A stretch of 32,000 nucleotides of DNA from the NCBI GenBank assembly GCA_030668875.1, contig DAOVER010000025.1, positions 10,895-42,894 on the forward strand, in the 5' to 3' direction. Positions 27,798-32,000 of the stretch are shown here, in pieces (positions within the stretch are counted from its first letter, which is position 1; the number at the start of each line of letters is the position of its first letter). The position numbers and the translations under genes are program-made. This DNA is from Candidatus Heimdallarchaeota archaeon. GTDB taxonomy: Archaea > Asgardarchaeota > Heimdallarchaeia > Heimdallarchaeales > Heimdallarchaeaceae. The notes below the pieces were generated by a model. That model saw nothing but the letters and a program-made list of their open reading frames with translations. It did not search any database and was not told the DNA's origin.

Positions 27798-28391
27798 CTA
27801 GTCAGTTTTTTGAAATACAAAAATATAATTTTTAAATATAAAGTGCCTTCTCTTCTCTTCATATAGTACTTTAAAATTATTTTTTTCCAAAAATCCCTTA
27901 ATATCTTGAGCTGTGTAGACCCCATAGTTCTTCGCAATAGGTCTGAAGATTTTTACTAGAAACTTAGGGTAAGTCATATCGTGGAAAACATAGAACCCCT
28001 TCGATCTTACAACTCGTTTTATCTCCTTTAGAGCCTCTCCCCAATTACTTATGTGATGCATAACATATGTTGATATAGCCAGATCATATGATTCTTCTTC
28101 ACTGAAACTAAGCTTTGTTGCATCAGCTACCATAAATTGTAGATTTTCTTTTTTCTCTTGATTTTCTTTGGCTAGTTCTATTTGTTCTGTGTCTAAATCT
28201 ATTCCAGTTACGTCCAATCCATATCTATCATTTAGATGGTTAGCTAGAACCCCTACACCACACCCTATCTCTAGTACATCCTTTACTCCAGTAAAATCTA
28301 TTTGTTGAGAAAGTTCTTCATACAAATCTATATTTCTTTGACCATGCTTTTTGCTGTTAACAAACTTCTTTTCCATTTTGGACATTTTCAT
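27798..28391 (-). CDS. Class I SAM-dependent methyltransferase
   Basis: VLEIGCGVG, TGIDLD, ADATKL, YVMHHI...EIKRVVRSKG. Confidence 0.88.
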   Translation of the reverse strand: MKMSKMEKKFVNSKKHGQRNIDLYEELSQQIDFTGVKDVLEIGCGVGVLANHLNDRYGLDVTGIDLDTEQIELAKENQEKKENLQFMVADATKLSFSEEESYDLAISTYVMHHISNWGEALKEIKRVVRSKGFYVFHDMTYPKFLVKIFRPIAKNYGVYTAQDIKGFLEKNNFKVLYEEKRRHFIFKNYIFVFQKTD

Positions 28392-28477
28392 TTTGAACCA
28401 GAATAATAGTTATATTAAAAATATAAAAAACTATGGAATCAAAAAGTCAATGTGTAAAAGAGATAAAAGATGAATGA

Positions 28478-30541
28478 TTATACTCTTTTTTTCTTTTTGG
28501 TGTGTTTGGACATAATCAATGCTAATCCTGTAAGACAAATGATTAATCCTCCACTAAATAGAGGAAAATCTGAAGATGTCGCTTCATCTTGTGTTCTTAC
28601 TATTACACCATCTGATTTTATCCCTTCATTTCCACTTGTATCAACAGCAGAGATCTCATAAGTATACAATGTATCCCCATTTAGTTCACTATCAGAATAT
28701 GAGGCGTTAATAGTCTGAGTAATATATGTCCCATCTCTGTAGATATTATAGTGGTCAAAATCAATTTCAGTACTTGGATTCCACGCAAGATTGATTCGAG
28801 AAGAGCTTATCCCTTCACCGCTCACTCCTATGACCTTAGCTGGAGCAGTGAAATCTGTTTTACTTTGTAAAGCATAAACATCAAGGAAGAAATCTACACA
28901 ATAATGATCTGATCCTGTATCAGCAGTTGATGTATCTCCAACTGTTGAGTTAACAAGATAATTTGAAAGGTAGTCGTTTGCTATAATGAAATCGATTCTT
29001 GAATCAAACGTAGGGTTTTGATGCCCATATGTATATCCTAGTTCACTAGGGTTTAACATTCTAAATACATCTGTGAAAATATGAGCTTGCGAGGCATATT
29101 GTCCATAAGTTGTATCTCCTGGTTTCAACATCATGGTTAATGGACCATAACCAAGATCACCTTCTGGTGCTAAAGCTCCTGTGTCGTAGGGAGAAAATGA
29201 ATTTAAGTCCCCCATATAGAGGATTGGTACTTCTCCCAAACTATCCATATAGTTTATTATTCCTTCTTGTTCTCTTTCACGTCTATATTCATTATCTGCT
29301 CCACTCATAGCTTTTAGATGTGCACCGATTAGATACAATTCTGTTCCATTAACATCGACCTTCCAATACATGAAATCATGAGACACATCGAACATTGAAT
29401 CATCATCCAGTGTAACAAGTGGTATTTGAACGGTTTCTAATATTGGATATCTGCTCATTATCGCCTCTCCATCTGTACTATATACAATTCCTTGAGCTGT
29501 ATATCCTGTATATGGTTCTTCATCTACGAAATAGGCATTAAATTCAGCTATATACTGATCTAACAGTTCATTCGAATTATCGTCCCAGTCTCCAGTTTCA
29601 ACGAAGATAACAATATCTGGGTTCTCCTCTTTTACCACGTCTTTCCAATCTGGGTCAATTCCATATTCTATGTTGTAGGACATGATTTTGATTAGATCTG
29701 AAGATGAAATAGTTTCATTATTTTCGACTGTTACAGTAATATTGTGTTCTCCAACATTATTTGCTGGATCTTTGCACTTTGCTAAAATTGTGTGAGAACC
29801 ATTGCTTACAGTTCTAGTATTCCACAAAAAGGGGTTTTGTGTAGCTCTTAGAATTCCATCAATATATATTTCATATCTAGCAATCCCATTTTCATCAGTA
29901 GCATTGATTGAGATTTCTACTGATCCTGTGAGATTTGCTCCTGAAACAGGAGACAAGATATTTACCAAGGGAGGTGTATCATCGGAAAGTATTTCATCAT
30001 AAGGTCCATCTCCTGGATCACCTAAAGAGCCACTATTTTCCCAATCCACTCCTGTATCTGTGTCAACCACATTTATCCTTCTAATTGTTGTATCTATTGC
30101 AGAGACAGACCATCCAGATACATAGTTCTCCCAAGCAACAAAATCAACTTCAGTACTCACATTATTATACAGTACTAATTTGTCTCCTGAATTACTTAGA
30201 GCGAGAGGTGATCCATCTAAATCTGGATCAAATCCATATAATAAATTAAATGCTGCTGATTGCTTTGCAACAACAAAGTAACCCTTTGCAGGAATAGTAC
30301 CTGAAAGACTAAAGGAATCATAATTATCTTCAACTGTCCAACCAGATAGATCTACTGCGGACTCAGTTGGATTAAATAATTCAAACCATTCTTCTGTTGT
30401 ATCAGAATTGGGAGCATCATAAAGAACTTCGGTAATAATGATATTATCTCCAGAGGGTGATGAATTAGTAGTAAATATAACAAAGTTACTCAGTATAAAT
30501 ATAATCAGAAGTAGCAGTTTCTTTGATCTCAGAAAACTCAT
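28478..30541 (-). CDS. Cell-surface protein: lamin-tail domain, Ig-like, endonuclease/exonuclease/phosphatase (EEP), FN3 and C-terminal anchor
   Basis: Signal peptide; IIITEVLYD...EWFELFNP...DLSGWTVED (LTD); TPPLVNILSP...WNTRTVSNGSHTI (Ig); MSYNI, VETG, GAHLKA, GDLNS, RIDFI, SDH (EEP); LAWNPS...YNIYRDG...YEISAVD (FN3); hydrophobic helix followed by KHTKKKKRV. Confidence 0.85.
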   Translation of the reverse strand: MSFLRSKKLLLLIIFILSNFVIFTTNSSPSGDNIIITEVLYDAPNSDTTEEWFELFNPTESAVDLSGWTVEDNYDSFSLSGTIPAKGYFVVAKQSAAFNLLYGFDPDLDGSPLALSNSGDKLVLYNNVSTEVDFVAWENYVSGWSVSAIDTTIRRINVVDTDTGVDWENSGSLGDPGDGPYDEILSDDTPPLVNILSPVSGANLTGSVEISINATDENGIARYEIYIDGILRATQNPFLWNTRTVSNGSHTILAKCKDPANNVGEHNITVTVENNETISSSDLIKIMSYNIEYGIDPDWKDVVKEENPDIVIFVETGDWDDNSNELLDQYIAEFNAYFVDEEPYTGYTAQGIVYSTDGEAIMSRYPILETVQIPLVTLDDDSMFDVSHDFMYWKVDVNGTELYLIGAHLKAMSGADNEYRREREQEGIINYMDSLGEVPILYMGDLNSFSPYDTGALAPEGDLGYGPLTMMLKPGDTTYGQYASQAHIFTDVFRMLNPSELGYTYGHQNPTFDSRIDFIIANDYLSNYLVNSTVGDTSTADTGSDHYCVDFFLDVYALQSKTDFTAPAKVIGVSGEGISSSRINLAWNPSTEIDFDHYNIYRDGTYITQTINASYSDSELNGDTLYTYEISAVDTSGNEGIKSDGVIVRTQDEATSSDFPLFSGGLIICLTGLALIMSKHTKKKKRV

Positions 30542-30716
30542 TAATTGTATTTGTGTAAATAGCTTAAAAATATTCCTTGATTAACATCAATACATTAAAC
30601 TCGTTTTTAAAAAAATACAGAAAAGAGATTGTTTTTCAAATCTCTCATGAATGATTTTTTTGTACAAAACTTAAAAAGTTTGGGTCTTTTTATAATAAAA
30701 TCTGTATAGAAGAATG

Positions 30717-31940
30717 ATGTTAACTAAAGGGAAAAGAACAACAAAGTGGCTAGAAACAACCATCCCTTTAGTACTTAATCCAGGAACAATGAAACAGCTG
30801 TATTTGCGTAAAGCTCAAGCTAAAATATTGGCTTTTGCACAGCAACTTTTACGTTACAAACAACAAGTTAATTCAGCTCTGCAATTCCACCATCTAGTCT
30901 ATAAACAGTTCAAGTATCTAGGTATACAGAGTCAGGTACAAGAAGCGGTACAGAGAAGAGTGTATGCAGCAAAACGAGCTAAAACATTTCATCACTTTCC
31001 TATGGAGTTTAATTTTCCTCGAAGTGGGAATCTTACTTTATCTGAGAGAGGAAATGCCATAGTTAAAATCTCACCACTCAAAAAGCGTATTGCTCTCCCT
31101 ATTGTAATGAATGGGGGATGGAGAAGAGTAGAAGAGCATAGAAAAGGAGGGTGGGTGGCACACAGCTGTAAAGTGTTTAAAAGAAAACAATCCTGGGTAA
31201 TGCATCTTATTATGCGTAAAGCACTTCCCCCGCCCCAAGAGGTGGAAGGGACCATCGGTGTAGACATAGGAAGGAAGATCATGGCAGCTATCACGGTCAA
31301 CCATCCTTCGTTCCCACTGGTGGAACAATATCTTGGGAAAGATCTGGCATGGAAACAGCACCAGTTCTACAATCGCAGAAAAACCTTGCAAAAATATGCT
31401 GCTCAAGGAGATAGACGTGCACGGCGTGCGCTCAAAAGATTAAGAAGAAAAGAAACAAATTATGTTCAAACCCGTTGTGCTCAACTAGCACACGAAATAG
31501 TAGATCTAGCTGTAATATCCCGTTCAGCTATAGTTTTGGAGAACCTCAAGCATTTACGAAGAATGTGGACGAAACAAGCTATGAAAAGAAAAAAAGGAGG
31601 AAAGAAAACCAGACGCTCTCTCAACCGCTGGTCCTATAGCCTCTTCCACTCTACTTTGACAAGAGTAGCACATTTAAATAATATCCCCGTTGTGTTTGTC
31701 CGTCCCCACTATACCAGTCAAACTTGTTCCCACTGTGGGAAACGAAGCAAGAAGTCAAGAAAAACGCGTGATGTGTTCAGTTGTATCTATTGTGGATTTA
31801 CTGTCAATGCAGACCACAACGCCTCACGTAACCTTGCTCTACTTGGACAAGTAGCTCTTGGTCTTCCTTTCTTCAATGCTTACCATTCTTTCCTGCCCGT
31901 TCCTTGTGAGCGAAGAACTTTGTGTTCTTCAGTATCTTAG
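30717..31940 (+). CDS. tnpB: TnpB RNA-guided endonuclease, canonical IS200/IS605 type
   Basis: GVDIG, IVLENL, YTSQTCSHCG...FSCIYCG and NADHNASRNL give an intact D-E-D triad and a 4-Cys zinc ribbon. No tnpA in the window. ATG at 30714 or 30717. Confidence 0.93.
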   Translation: MLTKGKRTTKWLETTIPLVLNPGTMKQLYLRKAQAKILAFAQQLLRYKQQVNSALQFHHLVYKQFKYLGIQSQVQEAVQRRVYAAKRAKTFHHFPMEFNFPRSGNLTLSERGNAIVKISPLKKRIALPIVMNGGWRRVEEHRKGGWVAHSCKVFKRKQSWVMHLIMRKALPPPQEVEGTIGVDIGRKIMAAITVNHPSFPLVEQYLGKDLAWKQHQFYNRRKTLQKYAAQGDRRARRALKRLRRKETNYVQTRCAQLAHEIVDLAVISRSAIVLENLKHLRRMWTKQAMKRKKGGKKTRRSLNRWSYSLFHSTLTRVAHLNNIPVVFVRPHYTSQTCSHCGKRSKKSRKTRDVFSCIYCGFTVNADHNASRNLALLGQVALGLPFFNAYHSFLPVPCERRTLCSSVS

Positions 31941-32000
31941 GCTAAGGTGCGCTCAACCACCTTCTATGGCGCGATGAAAGTTCAATCCCCGTCGATTGAC
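31860..32000 (+). ncRNA. Putative omegaRNA and start of the IS200/IS605-like right-end hairpin, truncated by the window edge
   Basis: Hairpins GAAGAAC/GTTCTTC (31912-31930) and AAGGTG/CACCTT (31944-31963), then ATCCCCGTC-gatt-GAC at the edge. Confidence 0.5.

Noticed and set aside
27719-27839. Short ORF (MISVFLTIYEEL...) overlapping the MNT stop, where a HEPN gene would sit
   Set aside because: About 38 codons, no HEPN-like sequence or R-x4-H motif, and it overlaps the convergent methyltransferase.
16024-30641. Shared 13-mer TTGTTTTTCAAAT at 16024-16036 and 30629-30641, both within inverted repeats in divergent spacers
   Set aside because: Very AT-rich and the outer arms differ, so a chance match is plausible in this genome.
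25909-30701. Shared TTTATAATAAAAT upstream of both intact tnpB genes (25909-25921 and 30689-30701)
   Set aside because: All A/T, TATA-like, and at different distances from the ATG; not evidence of common ends.
1456-31406. Short overlapping or antisense ORFs in the track (e.g. 1456, 1644, 3608, 3804, 4406, 5411, 5587, 5980, 6969, 7111, 8267, 9193, 14346, 16117, 16977, 20210, 22206, 22271, 22486, 25369, 26185, 27734, 28470, 29110, 29802, 30992, 31071)
   Set aside because: They are shadows of well-supported genes or of the tnpB remnant, with no motifs and atypical composition.
26023-31940. Calling either TnpB a Cas12 or a Fanzor
   Set aside because: No CRISPR array or cas genes were seen, and the host is prokaryotic. 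Placement needs a phylogeny.

Overview
AT-rich archaeal DNA, most likely from an Asgard archaeon. This is inferred from an archaeal membrane-type LonB, Trm11, TATA-box and mostly leaderless promoters, an Arf-family GTPase and a RING-finger protein. From 1 to about 6.2 kb the genes are housekeeping: an apparent prs-trm11-rnz operon, lonB, a small unknown ORF and an AmrS-like radical SAM enzyme. From 6.3 to 10 kb lie a membrane-anchored variant RING protein and an Arf-like GTPase, separated by a scar in which a frameshifted tnpB 5' fragment is fused to a decapitated methyltransferase. The 10-25.9 kb accessory region holds methyltransferase, AAC(3)-like, M20 and GNAT enzymes, three ABC exporter modules, MarR, Lrp-like and ArsR-like regulators, an orphan receiver domain and a secreted protein. 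Within it, a ~6 kb ABC/MarR cassette is bracketed by two diverged copies of the convergent M20/GNAT gene junction, each retaining one intact gene and one remnant. From 26 to 32 kb are two full-length, transposase-less TnpB genes of different catalytic types (rearranged RuvC-II versus canonical D-E-D), an orphan MNT nucleotidyltransferase and a surface-anchored lamin-tail/Ig/EEP/FN3 nuclease. The rearranged-type TnpB and its remnant share 8-bp-periodic TTGTC motifs that are inverted between left and right ends. I saw no tRNA, rRNA or CRISPR array. All family assignments come from motif recognition by eye; no database searches were run.
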